Source of the DNA: Candidatus Kapaibacterium sp.
GTDB lineage: Bacteria; Bacteroidota; Ignavibacteria; Kapaibacteriales; Kapaibacteriaceae
DNA: 64,000 nucleotides
Direction of reading: 5' to 3'
Assembly: GCA_030833725.1 (NCBI GenBank)
Contig: JAURGP010000001.1
Location: 113,870 to 177,869, forward strand
Every line of letters starts with the position of its first letter. Position 1 is the first letter of the stretch. Positions 1 to 11,000 of this stretch are shown piece after piece. The position numbers and the translations under genes are program-made. The notes beneath the pieces are model-generated. The model saw nothing but the letters and a program-made list of their open reading frames with translations, was not told the DNA's origin and ran no database searches.

Positions 1-8
1 ACAGCCCC

Positions 9-3000
9 TTACCGCGCAATCACAAATGGCTCTGAGAGCCGACCGGCTGAGCTGGTAAGCACAATCCGATAGCTGCCAGACGCTAATGCTGTTGGCACTG
101 GAATCTGCAGATCACCAGACGGTAGAACACCAGAGTACACTGCAGCAACAACCGTACCGATGGCATCAACAACTTCCACCGTTACCAATTGACCTGCATA
201 GCCTTGCAGCGGCGTGACAACGATCGTACCATCATGACTGCTCACAGGATTCGGAACAACTCCAACTTCTGCAAACATTCCTGACACGGATTGGTCGTTG
301 TCCACATGTGTTGCTCCCGTGGTGCCGAGCAGGCGAATTGTTTTCGTACCGTTGCGCTCGTCGTTGTTGTACACGCGCAACGTACCTGACGAGGAACCTA
401 TCTCCGGGCGGTTATACTCCACCGTCACGTACAGCGTATCTCCCTGATTCAGCGTCGCTGGAAGGGTACGGCTGGTATTCGTCACTGCAAAGTGCCCGCG
501 AATCGAGAAGGCATTCACGCTGTCGATCAGCAATGGAGCATCCGTTGCGGCGGTAATGGCAACGGTTCGCTCAACTGGCTTGATCTCGGCTGTTTCGAAA
601 TAGAGCGTATCTGCCGAGGATGCAATCGTTGGCTTAGGTGCCACGGTGAACTGAATCCAAGCACGGTTGCCGAAGTCCGGCTCGAACACCTTGATAGTGC
701 CACCACCTGATTTGAAGATCAGGCTTCCCGTACCGAGTTGATCACGGATGTACCACAGGTCCAGTCCGTAGCCTTCCTTGTTGATCAACTCGTACTCGTA
801 GCAACCATTATCCAGGTTGTAGTTCTTGGTGTACGTTGTGTTGTCCGCAAGGTTCTTTCCGGAGTCGATGATGCTGTCGGTGTCTACCTTGCGCAGCACC
901 CACTCGTACTGTTGCGCGGCAAAGTTGTTCGTCTTCAACTGGATTTCCAGATCGCTATAGTAGACCGGTGGCATCACAGCTGTACGAATCTGCTTGTTGT
1001 TCTGGGCGTACTCATCCGTGCCACCGTTGGGCGCGTTGATCGATACGACGAACTCAAAGGCACCTTCCTCCGATGGCCAGGCAGGAATTGGTAAGGCAAC
1101 GGTATCCTTCTGCAGAAAGTCCAGCTCGCCAGTCCACTCAAACGTCGACTCGTTCGCATCTCCAGCTGCATAGATGATGGTTGCGCGTGTCAGCCGCGTG
1201 GAGCCGGTGTTCTGGATCACGATAAGGGGCTCACCACAGATGGGATTCAAGCGCTGATAGTACTCCCAGGTATTGGGTCGGATGATGTCGACGACGGCTG
1301 CATCAAGCTGGAAGTTGGGATCACCATAGCCAATCAACTGACCGGTGACATCCCACACGCCCCAACTCTCGGGATCGGCTCCTTTATCCACGCCATAGTC
1401 GATCGCCACGGTTGTACCTGGAACAGCCAGTGAGGATGGCAGCTCGTGGTTGTACAGATCCACGGGAGCTCCTGGACACCATCCCGTGCGATCGATGTTC
1501 CATGTACCTCCCTGAGGGTAGACAGGATTGTCGCCGCACTCCGTCCAGAGCAGCCATTCATGTGTGCGCTCCTGGTTAACTCCGATCCAGTGAATGCGTT
1601 GACAGAACTCGGCACAGTTCGTGGGATTGTCGAAACGGTGGCCACTGGACCACGTCTTCACGCGGAACATGCTAGCTTCCTGACTCAACGTTACGTCCAC
1701 AGGAGCCAGTGCCGTTCCAGACAGAACGTTGGTGAAGTCGGCATTGCGATCGCTCCAGAGCTGATCGATTTGCTTGACGTCGCGTGGCGGTGTGCCGGTA
1801 ATGAACTTGAAGGTCAGGTCGATCAACTCCTGCTGATTACCCGCGCTAATGGTAACGTTGTTCCGCAGAATCGGTGCATAGTCCGTAACGTCGAACAGCC
1901 ACTTGAAGCCCTGCGGTCCAAGGTCCAGACCAATGCCATAGGGCGTGATGTACCGGCCAATCTCATACACCACAATCGGATCAAACCACGGTTGTTGCTT
2001 GCGGTAGAGCACATTCTCTGGCGCTACCAGTACCGAGTCCTTTACCAGTCCAGCTTCATCGATCACATACTGCCAACCTGCTACCTGAACCGTGATGGTG
2101 TCGATCGCCAGGGTTGGATAGTCTGCATCCTCTGGTCGATGAATGCGTGGCTCAACATCGTTACGGAAGAGGATCACGCTCGAGCGGCGCGCTTCCTGAT
2201 CCACAATGATGGTGCCGGGAGTGACCGAGGCAGGGAATGAACCTGCTTCAAAGGCAAGTACCGGTCGTGCCGTACTGGCAGCCGTGAGGTATCCGAGGTA
2301 GGTATCCATCAGTTGGATGCGCGTTGGCAAGCCAAATAATTCAGCGTGCGCTCCGATGCTAGATGCGTCGCGGGCCATCGTTGGGTCGGTGTCCGTTTCG
2401 GCATTGTAGTAGGCTACCAGATTCTCGGCCTTGGGGTGCAGATCGGTGATGCCACGGTGCATCCACGCACGGATGTCATCGGCCGACAACGCGGTGTTCC
2501 ATACCTGCATTTCATCGAGGATGCCCGGGTAGGAGCCAGCAGCACCAGCTCCAAACATGAACTTCGTGATGCCGGTCATCGGAAGTGTTTTTCCCGTTCC
2601 GGACAGCACCGACTGACCATTGCGGTACACCACCATTTCGCCCGTTGAGGCATTCTTGACAAAGGCCCAGTGATTCCATGCACCTCCCGTAGCTCCGGCG
2701 GGCATCGGCCCTTCAATACGATCCATCGATCCACCGGTTCGTCCGGCATCCCAGTACAGGTTGCCATTCGACCATGGCAGATGGGCATTCAGTACACGCC
2801 GACCCTGGGCATCGAAGGCCTCAAACACGTTGTTGTTTACCGGGAAGGCGCGTTCATTTCCGTAGGCCCAGAAGGCAATGGTGATCTGATTCGTCAGCGT
2901 GGCGGCAACGCTAGCTGGCAGGGTCATCTGATCACCGGCCTGAAAGGCATAGGCACGACGCGATCCGTCATCAACAATACCATTGGAACCGGAGGGGGCT

Positions 3001-3809
3001 GCCCCAGCTTCGAGACGAATCACGGATGGAGCGTTCAGGCACGACATCTCCACAACAAGATTCGATGTTCCGTCCCAGATGAACGGTGCTTCAAAGGCCA
3101 GGTCGTTCGGGCCGTCGTCGATGTTCACCGTGCGACGGATACACCGCTGATACTGAAGATTCGAGAGAATCGAGGGTACGACGTTCTCCGTTGTTTGAGC
3201 AATGCGAACGGTGAACAGCTGAACGTTGTCGACACTATCGAGAGAGGTCAGGCGAAGTCCGCTGATCGGTCCGGCTGAGAGTCCGGCTGCCGTCAGCTCC
3301 GAGGCTCTCCAGAGGTATCGCACACGGCTACCGCCAGGAATCAGGATGCCGTTGTTGACAAAACCTGACGTTCCCACCTGCGACCAGTCACCGGATCCAG
3401 AGCTTCGACTGACGCTCCGGTTGACGAACAACCTGCGCTGCGGGACAAAGCTGGACGTGTAGGCAAGACTATCCGGTGTTGAGCCCCCTACACGATAGTT
3501 CACTTGCACTCGACGCGTCGAGTCGAACTCGCCCGTTGAGTCTGTCACCATCGTGTAGGTGAGGTAATCCCACTCACCGCAAGGGAAGCGGTCCTGCGTG
3601 GTACGAGCATCGCACTTCAGCGTATACTCCATCAGGACCTTCTCGTACGATCCAGGCGGTGGAAACTGCCACGTTCCCGACCGTTTCGTGATATCGTCGA
3701 AGGTGAGTGTCCGTACCGTAATGGTGTCCTGCGCATGCAGACAGGAGACACTGACGACAAGTTGGAGCAGAAGAACGGACAGAACACGATGTACCAAGCG
3801 CATAGTCAC
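9..3809 (-). CDS. T9SS-secreted multidomain protein with PNGase F-like (peptide N-glycanase) domains and an inserted LamG/ConA-like domain
   Basis: 1266-aa ORF. N-terminal signal peptide (MRLVHRVLSVLLLQLVVSVSCLHAQ). Segments CGEWDYLTY, EIGRYITPYGIG, CAEFCQRIHWIGVN and GTWNIDRTGWCPGAPVD closely parallel Elizabethkingia PNGase F motifs (CDEWDRY, EIGRFITPYWVG, CAEWCFRTHTIAIN, GNWAPDRAGWCPGMAVP). Central block ITIAFWAYG...WNHWAFV...VVYRNGQ is LamG-like. C-terminus (VVPNPVSSHDGTIVV...SGSYRIVLTSSAGRL) fits a T9SS CTD. Confidence 0.7.
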   Translation of the reverse strand: MTMRLVHRVLSVLLLQLVVSVSCLHAQDTITVRTLTFDDITKRSGTWQFPPPGSYEKVLMEYTLKCDARTTQDRFPCGEWDYLTYTMVTDSTGEFDSTRRVQVNYRVGGSTPDSLAYTSSFVPQRRLFVNRSVSRSSGSGDWSQVGTSGFVNNGILIPGGSRVRYLWRASELTAAGLSAGPISGLRLTSLDSVDNVQLFTVRIAQTTENVVPSILSNLQYQRCIRRTVNIDDGPNDLAFEAPFIWDGTSNLVVEMSCLNAPSVIRLEAGAAPSGSNGIVDDGSRRAYAFQAGDQMTLPASVAATLTNQITIAFWAYGNERAFPVNNNVFEAFDAQGRRVLNAHLPWSNGNLYWDAGRTGGSMDRIEGPMPAGATGGAWNHWAFVKNASTGEMVVYRNGQSVLSGTGKTLPMTGITKFMFGAGAAGSYPGILDEMQVWNTALSADDIRAWMHRGITDLHPKAENLVAYYNAETDTDPTMARDASSIGAHAELFGLPTRIQLMDTYLGYLTAASTARPVLAFEAGSFPASVTPGTIIVDQEARRSSVILFRNDVEPRIHRPEDADYPTLAIDTITVQVAGWQYVIDEAGLVKDSVLVAPENVLYRKQQPWFDPIVVYEIGRYITPYGIGLDLGPQGFKWLFDVTDYAPILRNNVTISAGNQQELIDLTFKFITGTPPRDVKQIDQLWSDRNADFTNVLSGTALAPVDVTLSQEASMFRVKTWSSGHRFDNPTNCAEFCQRIHWIGVNQERTHEWLLWTECGDNPVYPQGGTWNIDRTGWCPGAPVDLYNHELPSSLAVPGTTVAIDYGVDKGADPESWGVWDVTGQLIGYGDPNFQLDAAVVDIIRPNTWEYYQRLNPICGEPLIVIQNTGSTRLTRATIIYAAGDANESTFEWTGELDFLQKDTVALPIPAWPSEEGAFEFVVSINAPNGGTDEYAQNNKQIRTAVMPPVYYSDLEIQLKTNNFAAQQYEWVLRKVDTDSIIDSGKNLADNTTYTKNYNLDNGCYEYELINKEGYGLDLWYIRDQLGTGSLIFKSGGGTIKVFEPDFGNRAWIQFTVAPKPTIASSADTLYFETAEIKPVERTVAITAATDAPLLIDSVNAFSIRGHFAVTNTSRTLPATLNQGDTLYVTVEYNRPEIGSSSGTLRVYNNDERNGTKTIRLLGTTGATHVDNDQSVSGMFAEVGVVPNPVSSHDGTIVVTPLQGYAGQLVTVEVVDAIGTVVAAVYSGVLPSGDLQIPVPTALASGSYRIVLTSSAGRLSEPFVIAR

Positions 3810-3868
3810 ACAGCGATGGTGAAGAAAAGCACTGTTATGAATCCGAAAAGTACGGAATCAGTGCTTGA

Positions 3869-4633
3869 TCAGTGCTTGGCTACGCCGCCATCGACGTTGA
3901 TTGTCTGACCCGTAATGATCCCGGAAGCCGGCAAGGCAAGGAAGGCAACCACGTTGGCAATATCCTCGGGCTCATCGGCCCTGTGAACCGCTTGGGTAGG
4001 CAGGATGTGTTCCAGCATCGTGGAGCTGACACCACCATCGCGGGCACTCTGCGTGGCGGTCAAGCCCACGCTGATGGAATTGACGGTAATCCCGTACTTG
4101 CCTACCTCCGACGCAAGAGATCGCGTGAGTCCGATCACACCCATCTTCGCCGTAACGTAGTGGGTGAGGTAGGGCGAACCAAGCCAGACAGTGTCGCTGC
4201 TGAAGGAGATGATCCGACCGAACCCTGCTGCCTTCATATGCGGAAGAACCACCTTGATGGTATGGAACAGCGTATGAAGGGTGAGGTTGATCGTTTGCTC
4301 CCATTCGTCGAAGTTCAGCAGATCAAACGGCTCCTCGTGGTAGTAGCCTACGTTGTGCACCAGAATGTCAATCCTACCGAAGGCCTCCATTGCCACATCA
4401 GCAACCCGTTGGGCATCTGCAGGCTTCAGGAGATCGGCCTGCACACTTACCACCGTCCCGCCTTGGGCCCGAAGGGCCTCGGCAAGGTCGGTGGCATCAA
4501 TCACGTCGGCAATCACCAGACGCGCGCCCTCTTGCACCAGACGTTCGCAGAAGGCACGGCCATTACCAACGGCAGCGCCGGTCACAATCGCTACCCGATC
4601 GTGTAATCCTCGTTCAAACGCTGTGATCTGCAT
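3869..4633 (-). CDS. short-chain dehydrogenase/reductase (classical SDR)
   Basis: 254 aa. TGAAVGNGRA Rossmann motif, catalytic YxxxK (YVTAK) and NVG motif. Sits immediately downstream (same strand) of the alpha-oxoamine synthase. Confidence 0.85.
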   Translation of the reverse strand: MQITAFERGLHDRVAIVTGAAVGNGRAFCERLVQEGARLVIADVIDATDLAEALRAQGGTVVSVQADLLKPADAQRVADVAMEAFGRIDILVHNVGYYHEEPFDLLNFDEWEQTINLTLHTLFHTIKVVLPHMKAAGFGRIISFSSDTVWLGSPYLTHYVTAKMGVIGLTRSLASEVGKYGITVNSISVGLTATQSARDGGVSSTMLEHILPTQAVHRADEPEDIANVVAFLALPASGIITGQTINVDGGVAKH

Positions 4634-4645
4634 GGTGAGGCGTTG

Positions 4646-5839
4646 TTAGGAAATCAGCCCAAGCTCCCGACCCACCTCCTGGAACACGTTCAAGATGGCA
4701 TCGAGATGCTCATCCTCATGCGTAGCCATGTAGCTGGTGCGCAGCATCGACAGATTAGGTGGGACTCCCGGCGGAATGAAGGCATTCACGAACACTCCCT
4801 TGTCGTAGAGCTTTCTCCACATGAGCATCGTACGCTCTACATCACCGAGTACTACCGGTACGATACCGGTGCGACTATCCATAACGGTAAAGCCCATGGC
4901 CTTGAAGCCATCGCGCATTTTGTCGGCATTGTGGAGCAGCTTTTCGATGCGCCACGGCTCCGTCTCGAGAATCTCGAGCGCTGCCAAGGCTGCGGCTACC
5001 GAAGCTGGTGTAGGCGATGCACTGAAAATCAACGCCGGCGAGTGGTGCTTCAGGTAGTTAATCACGCGCTCTGGGCCACCAACGAATCCACCGAGCGAGG
5101 CAAACGTCTTGGAGAACGTGCCCATGGTAAGGTCGGCCTTGTCGATCAGGCCATAGTGCGCAGCCGTGCCACGGCCGCCTGGCCCAACAACGCCCGTAGC
5201 ATGGGCGTCATCCACCAGAATCCTAGCCCCATACTTCTCGGCGACGGCAACCATGTCTGGCAGATTCACCAGCTCTCCCGATACGGAGAACACCCCGTCG
5301 GTTACAATCAGCTTACCAGCAGAATCCGGCACACGCTGGAGAACGCGCTCTAGGTCGTCCATGTCGTTGTGCTTGTAGCGCAGGAACTCAGCAAAGCCGC
5401 CTTTGGCCAACATGCAGGCATTGATAATGCAGGCATGGTTCTCCTTGTCGGAGATGACGTACTCGCCTTTTGAGACCAAGGCCGACACCGTGCCGAGGGC
5501 TGTTTGATACCCAGTGGAGAACAGCAGCACGCTCTCGTAGCCCAGAAATGCAGCGAGTTTCTCCTCCAGTTCATTGTGCAGGTTAATCGTGCCTGTGAGG
5601 TAGCGCGATCCTGAGCAACCGGTGCCGTAGCGCTCGATGGCATCAATAGCTGCCTTCTTCACGCGCGGGTCGGAAGTCAATCCCAGGTAGTTGTTCGAGC
5701 CCGCCATGATCACCGGCCTACCCTCGAGGGTTACGACAGGTCCCTCGTTTTCTTCGACGGCTCTGAAGTAGGGATACAAGCCGGCGGCTTTCACTTCATC
5801 GGCACGCGTGAAGTCGCGACATTTTTGAAACAGATCCAC
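4646..5839 (-). CDS. PLP-dependent alpha-oxoamine synthase family; serine palmitoyltransferase-like (alternatively 2-amino-3-ketobutyrate CoA ligase)
   Basis: 397 aa. PLP-lysine motif [13 protein letters not shown] matches the SPT signature GTFSKS(V/L)G..GGF rather than Kbl GTLGKALG or BioF GTFGKA. The C-terminal region also resembles SPT: [28 protein letters not shown] here versus Sphingomonas SPT GLYVNMARPPATPAGTFLLRCSICAEHT. Confidence 0.8.
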   Translation of the reverse strand: MDLFQKCRDFTRADEVKAAGLYPYFRAVEENEGPVVTLEGRPVIMAGSNNYLGLTSDPRVKKAAIDAIERYGTGCSGSRYLTGTINLHNELEEKLAAFLGYESVLLFSTGYQTALGTVSALVSKGEYVISDKENHACIINACMLAKGGFAEFLRYKHNDMDDLERVLQRVPDSAGKLIVTDGVFSVSGELVNLPDMVAVAEKYGARILVDDAHATGVVGPGGRGTAAHYGLIDKADLTMGTFSKTFASLGGFVGGPERVINYLKHHSPALIFSASPTPASVAAALAALEILETEPWRIEKLLHNADKMRDGFKAMGFTVMDSRTGIVPVVLGDVERTMLMWRKLYDKGVFVNAFIPPGVPPNLSMLRTSYMATHEDEHLDAILNVFQEVGRELGLIS

Positions 5840-5917
5840 GGGAGTCTCCGCTGTACGGTGTGATCGTAATGTAACGTAGCTGCAAAGTTAGTTCGCGAAC
5901 ATGGTAGTTTTGCAGCC

Positions 5918-7387
5918 ATGCTCCTTCGCCAACTCCTGCCGTCGTTTCGGTATGCCACCAGTGACATCCTGGCAGGAATCGTTGTATTTCTAGTTGCGTT
6001 GCCGCTGTGTCTGGGAATTGCACTCGCCTCGGGAGCGCCACTCATGAGCGGGCTGATTGCCGGCATCATTGGTGGTACGATCCTTGCGCTCTTCTCTGAC
6101 TCGGAATTGAGTGTGAGCGGCCCAGCTGCAGGCCTAGCAGTTGTCGTACTAGGGGCTATCAACACGTTGGGCGGTTTTCAGACCTTCCTGGCTGCTGTGG
6201 TAGTAGCTGGTGTGATCCAGATCATCCTAGGTTGGGTGAAGGCGGGCGTCCTTGCAGAGTACGTCCCCAATAGTGTCATTCGCGGGATGCTGGCCGGCAT
6301 CGGTGTGGTCATCATCCTGAAGCAGGTCCGGCATCTCATTGGCTGGAGCAACGATATCATCGACCCGGGATCAGCAATCGTGGGCGGTACCTGCCTCACA
6401 GTGTTGTTGGTGTGGGACCTGCCGATTGGACCAATGCGAAGTTTGTCCAAGAAGATTCCCGGCCCTCTGGTAGCTGTGGTCCTAGGTACCCTCCTCAGCC
6501 AGGCACTTCATTTGGTCGCTCCTGCGTGGGCGATTTCCGATACTGCAGCGTTCGTTCAGATTCCAACAGACGTGACGCTGTTCAGCATGGTGACGCTGCC
6601 GTCAATGGCGGCCTTTGCGATCCCACAGGTATGGCTGTCGGGTGCAGCCATTGCTCTGATTGCCAGCATCGAAACACTCATGTCCATCGAGGCAACCGAC
6701 AAGCTCGATCCCTTGAAGCGTATCTCTGACTCCAACCAAGAGCTTCGGGCTCAGGGCATTGGTAACGTGGTGTCGGGTTTGGTAGGGGGCTTACCACTCA
6801 CTGCCGTCATTATTCGATCATCGACGAACGTCTATGCTGGTGGCATGACCCGACTGTCGGCCATGATACAGGGCTTGCTGATTCTCATTAGTATCCTTCT
6901 CGTCCCAGAGATCTTGAACCTGATACCGCTGGCGGCTCTCGCTGCCGTACTTGTGTCAGTTGGATACAAGCTGACCTCGCTTACGGTGCTCCGCAACGCG
7001 ATGAGGCATGGGCTTGATCAGTCCCTGCCCTTCATCGCCACGATCATTGCCGTGGTGCTCACCGACCTGCTGACGGGTATTGGTATCGGTCTGCTGGTTA
7101 GCATGTTTTGGGTGATTCGTAACAACCTACACTCCGCCGTGAGCCTCGAAGAGAACAACGGACGATGGATTGTGCGCCTGAACAAAGACGCGTTGTTTGT
7201 GAACAAGTCGGAGCTGAAGCGTGCGTTACGCTCTATTCCCAGCGACGCCCAGGTAACTATTGACGGGACGTTGGCCAGGATGATCGATCGCGATATCTAC
7301 GAGACGATCCAGGAGTTTGCCGAAGGAGCGGAGTACCGTAGCATCACGGTGGACTACGTCAACGTGTTCGGTAAACGCACGAAGTAA
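5918..7387 (+). CDS. SulP family inorganic anion (sulfate/bicarbonate) transporter with C-terminal STAS domain
   Basis: 489 aa, multiple TM helices, SulP-type N-terminal motifs (DILAGIVVFLVALPLCLGIALASG), C-terminal STAS-like domain. Confidence 0.85.
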   Translation: MLLRQLLPSFRYATSDILAGIVVFLVALPLCLGIALASGAPLMSGLIAGIIGGTILALFSDSELSVSGPAAGLAVVVLGAINTLGGFQTFLAAVVVAGVIQIILGWVKAGVLAEYVPNSVIRGMLAGIGVVIILKQVRHLIGWSNDIIDPGSAIVGGTCLTVLLVWDLPIGPMRSLSKKIPGPLVAVVLGTLLSQALHLVAPAWAISDTAAFVQIPTDVTLFSMVTLPSMAAFAIPQVWLSGAAIALIASIETLMSIEATDKLDPLKRISDSNQELRAQGIGNVVSGLVGGLPLTAVIIRSSTNVYAGGMTRLSAMIQGLLILISILLVPEILNLIPLAALAAVLVSVGYKLTSLTVLRNAMRHGLDQSLPFIATIIAVVLTDLLTGIGIGLLVSMFWVIRNNLHSAVSLEENNGRWIVRLNKDALFVNKSELKRALRSIPSDAQVTIDGTLARMIDRDIYETIQEFAEGAEYRSITVDYVNVFGKRTK

Positions 7388-7421
7388 GCGCACACTATGT
7401 AAGAGTATCACCGAGGACTGT

Positions 7422-8084
7422 ATGGGGCTTCCCAGCGGCTACTTTCGATTCTTCACCCAGCTTGCCAAGAACAATCACAAGGCGTGGTTCGACGAGCATC
7501 GCTCGGAGTACGAGCACGATGTGCGGGCCCCCTTCATCTCGCTGGTGGGCGACCTGATTAGCGAAATCCATCGTGTCGATCCGGCCATTGCCATGCAGCC
7601 CAAGGACACGATGTACCGCATCAACCGCGACGTCCGCTTCAGCAAGGATAAAGCCCCCTACAAACTGCAGATGGGAGCTAACATCTCACGCCATGGTAAG
7701 AAGGCGATGGGTAAACCAGGGTTGTACTTCGAAGTGAATGCCAAGGGCGGATTGATTGCCGTAGGCTGTTACATGCCGAACAAGGAAGAGCTCACGATGT
7801 ACCGCGATCTAATCATGCACGAAGCCGCCGACCTTCACAGTGCACTTCAGCATAAGCAGTTCACGCAGCTGTTTGGAGAGCTCCAAGGCGAACGCAACAA
7901 GGTGTTACCTGAAGAGTTCCGTGCAGCAGCTGCCCAAGAGCCTCTTCTCTTCAACAAGCAGTTCTTCGCTTGGACACAGGTGCCCAAAAGCGTGTTTACT
8001 GGTGCCGATGCAGCACAACAAATGCTGGCCTATTGGAACGCTGCAAAGCCTCTCAACGACTTCTTCGACCGCGTGTGGGAGTAG
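7422..8084 (+). CDS. DUF2461 (TIGR02453) family conserved hypothetical protein
   Basis: Start chosen at MGLPSGYFRFF, downstream of the SulP stop at 7387. YRINRDVRFSKDK motif is typical of the family. Confidence 0.6.
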   Translation: MGLPSGYFRFFTQLAKNNHKAWFDEHRSEYEHDVRAPFISLVGDLISEIHRVDPAIAMQPKDTMYRINRDVRFSKDKAPYKLQMGANISRHGKKAMGKPGLYFEVNAKGGLIAVGCYMPNKEELTMYRDLIMHEAADLHSALQHKQFTQLFGELQGERNKVLPEEFRAAAAQEPLLFNKQFFAWTQVPKSVFTGADAAQQMLAYWNAAKPLNDFFDRVWE

Positions 8085-8097
8085 GTGCCTAGGGCGC

Positions 8098-11000
8098 TTA
8101 CCAACACATCACGGTAGCACGGTATGTTGAACCGTCAGGACTGCTAACGGTAAGACCATACACCCCAGCAGCAAGGTGCGATGTGTTGATCACCTGCTCG
8201 CCATTAATCGACCGCTGGAGGACCACGCGTCCAGCGGCGTCTACCATGGTCAGCTGAGCCTGTGTGGCACGAATCCAGAGATTGGTTCCGTCCATTCGAT
8301 GCTCGATAGCTTCACTGCGGTCTTCCTGAACACTCACCACCCTGCGTTCAGCTTGTAACAGGATTGGCTCACCCAGCCAACCGCAGGAATCCACGGCAAT
8401 GCGCAGCTCACCGCTTGCCGAACCGTCGGCCTGCATCTGTGATGGGCGGAACCAGACCGTGAACGGTGCATCCGTGTTGGTTGGCAGTGTGGCGCCAACG
8501 CTCAGATCCGTGCGGAACGGTCCCGTGATCTGCACATTCGAGATCCGCGCGGGCCAAGCCTTGTTGGTGATGATGCGAAGACTTGTATCGATACGTACAT
8601 CCTCAAGGGCTGGCGAGATTGGATCGTCGAATACCAGTTCCTGCGGTGCCGTCAGTTCGGCTCGTACCCACGGGACGTCCACGGTTTGCTCGATGGTACC
8701 CTCGCACGTTGGCGTCTGGTAGCTCACTAGCAGAACATCGGCTTCGTTCTGGTCGGTGACGGTGCCACGGTATCGCAGACGCACAACGGTAGAGTTGTTA
8801 GCGGGAATGGATGCACCCGACAGTACCTGTAGCGAAACATTACGCGTCTGCAGTCGTGCAGACTGAACGGTGGCACTGGAAGATGTTGTGTTACGGACCA
8901 CAACTTCTAGGATGCGCTCTACGGGTTCATCACACAGCGTTCGTGTTGGAAACGCTGGCCTACCATCGGAGATGTCTACGCCGATGGTCGAGCGCTCACC
9001 CGCGATCGGAATGCGAATGTCGCTGCCACATAGTTCTGCTACAATGATGGTATCAGCTACGGTGGTCGTACCTGTTAGCGTGACCACCACCGGAAGCGTG
9101 TATTGCGCTCCGGGAGCTAGGCGACGCGGCAGTGCGGTGGACTGGGCGGCCCCCTGCGCCGCCGTCACACCCGTGAGTGTGGCCGTATCAGCTCCGCGAT
9201 TGATGACAGTAACCGTGGTTTCGAAAATGTTCTCACATGGATCCAGATCTGGTACGGCAATGGAAGCCGTGATGGACTGGACGTTGACCATACGAACCGG
9301 TACGAACACTGCTGCGGTGTCTGCGCACAGAGATGGCGTAACAGCGATCGCCGTATACGTAACAGCAAACGGTGTGGATGTTGTGATGGTTCTGCCAGTG
9401 CCAATCGATTGATTGTTTGCGTACCACGTCACGGTCACAGGGTCCTGCGATGCAATACGCGCTTCTAACTCAAACGTCTGATTCGGGCACGGTTTTGTAG
9501 GCGGCGTACCAACAGTAACCGTTGGCGAGGGAAGAACAACCACATTCGTGGACAACGCTCGTGTACAGGCGTTGGCGTCGGTGACTACTAGCGCGACCGT
9601 CTGATTGCGTTGCGGAACAAACGTGAGTGTGGAATCGGGACGTGTGACATTCACATCACTGCCCGACCATGCAAACGTGTACGGTGGCGTGCCCCCTACC
9701 TGAGCCACATTGATCGTAAGTGGTTGGCCGGCACACACCTCATACGTGTTCTCTACCGATGGTGTGAGTTCTGGCAACACGATGAGTTGCGTTGTAACTG
9801 CACGCTCGCATCCGTTGGCATCTGTAATGGTTGCCGTCAACAGCTGATCATCAACAGGAACAAAGCTGAAGCTCGTACCCGTCACGGTGGTATCGACCTG
9901 TGCAGACTTCCAGTTCACGGAGTAGGGGGCTGTCCCACCGGGAGTCACGATTTGAAGAATCGCGGCTTCGCCGCCGCACACGTCCATGGTAGACTCCATG
10001 GTGGCGGTAAGCGCAGGGTGAACCGTCAAGGAAGCTGTGAGCGTCTTGGTGCAGTTCTTTGCATCGGTGATGACAGCGGTTAGCGTTCCCGATGTTGCGA
10101 ATGTTCGGGTAAGTGCACCCGTGGCTGTGGTAGTGTCCACGTTCGGTGCCGTCCAGCGTACGGTGTAGGGTGCGGTTCCACCCATCGTGCCAAGCGAAAG
10201 GGCGAGCGCCTCACCGCCACATACTTCGAAACTCGAACTCATCGTTGCCGTGATCTGAGGATGAACCGTCACTACCACGGTATCACGTCGCACCACTCCC
10301 AGATCATCCGTCACTGTGAGAACATAGGACGTTGTTGTGGTTGGAGTTGCCACGGGGGTAAGTGTCGTAGCTCCCGTAAGTCCCGTAGTGGGGAGCCATG
10401 AGTAGGCATACGGTGTTGTACCTCCGCTTACCGTTCCCGACAACGTGGTGGAGTTTCCGAAGCAAACACTCACATCGGATCCAGCAGCTACGGTCATGTC
10501 GCTGATCATCGTCAAGCAGGTTGCATCTTCCAACTTGCCTTCCAGCAGGATCTGCACCGTAGGATGAAACTGCAGCGAAATCCCACCAGTCGTGAGGTGA
10601 CAGTAGCTCATGATCGTGCCCGTCTTGGGTACTGTCTGTGTGAAACAGTTACCATCTTCGGCGGCGTAACAACTGTCTAGAGCCGGATTCCATGTGCACG
10701 AATGCGTGTGGCGCGAACCTACGTTGTGACCCAGCTCGTGTGCCGTCACCTCGGTATCCCAGGCATAGGTTGTGCGCGGATACGTGTACACGTTATCCAA
10801 GCCACTCACGCCAAAGCCGAAGTTGTTGCACAGGCCATTCAAGTAGGCGATACCCCCGATGTTGTTGATGCCGCTGAACAGATGCACTACACTGCGTTCC
10901 ACGTTGGTGTGGTTATTGAGCCAGTACGTTCGCAGCTGCGTGAGCAGTGTGGCCGTAGTGGTGCCGGGGTAGGGGTCGGTGGTCGTGAAAATCGTCAGGT

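Noticed and set aside
3857-3878. Perfect 11-bp tandem duplication ATCAGTGCTTG x2 spanning the SDR stop codon.
   Set aside because: Simple slippage duplication. The first copy supplies the stop, and the SDR C-terminus (VDGGVAKH) looks complete. No functional implication seen.
3872-4606. 244-aa plus-strand ORF fully antisense to the SDR gene (and similar long antisense ORFs at 1446-2240, 13051-13710, 47151-48320, 9610-10083).
   Set aside because: Each lies opposite a gene with clear family motifs. Their protein sequences are Arg/His-rich with no domain signal, which is typical of high-GC antisense frames.
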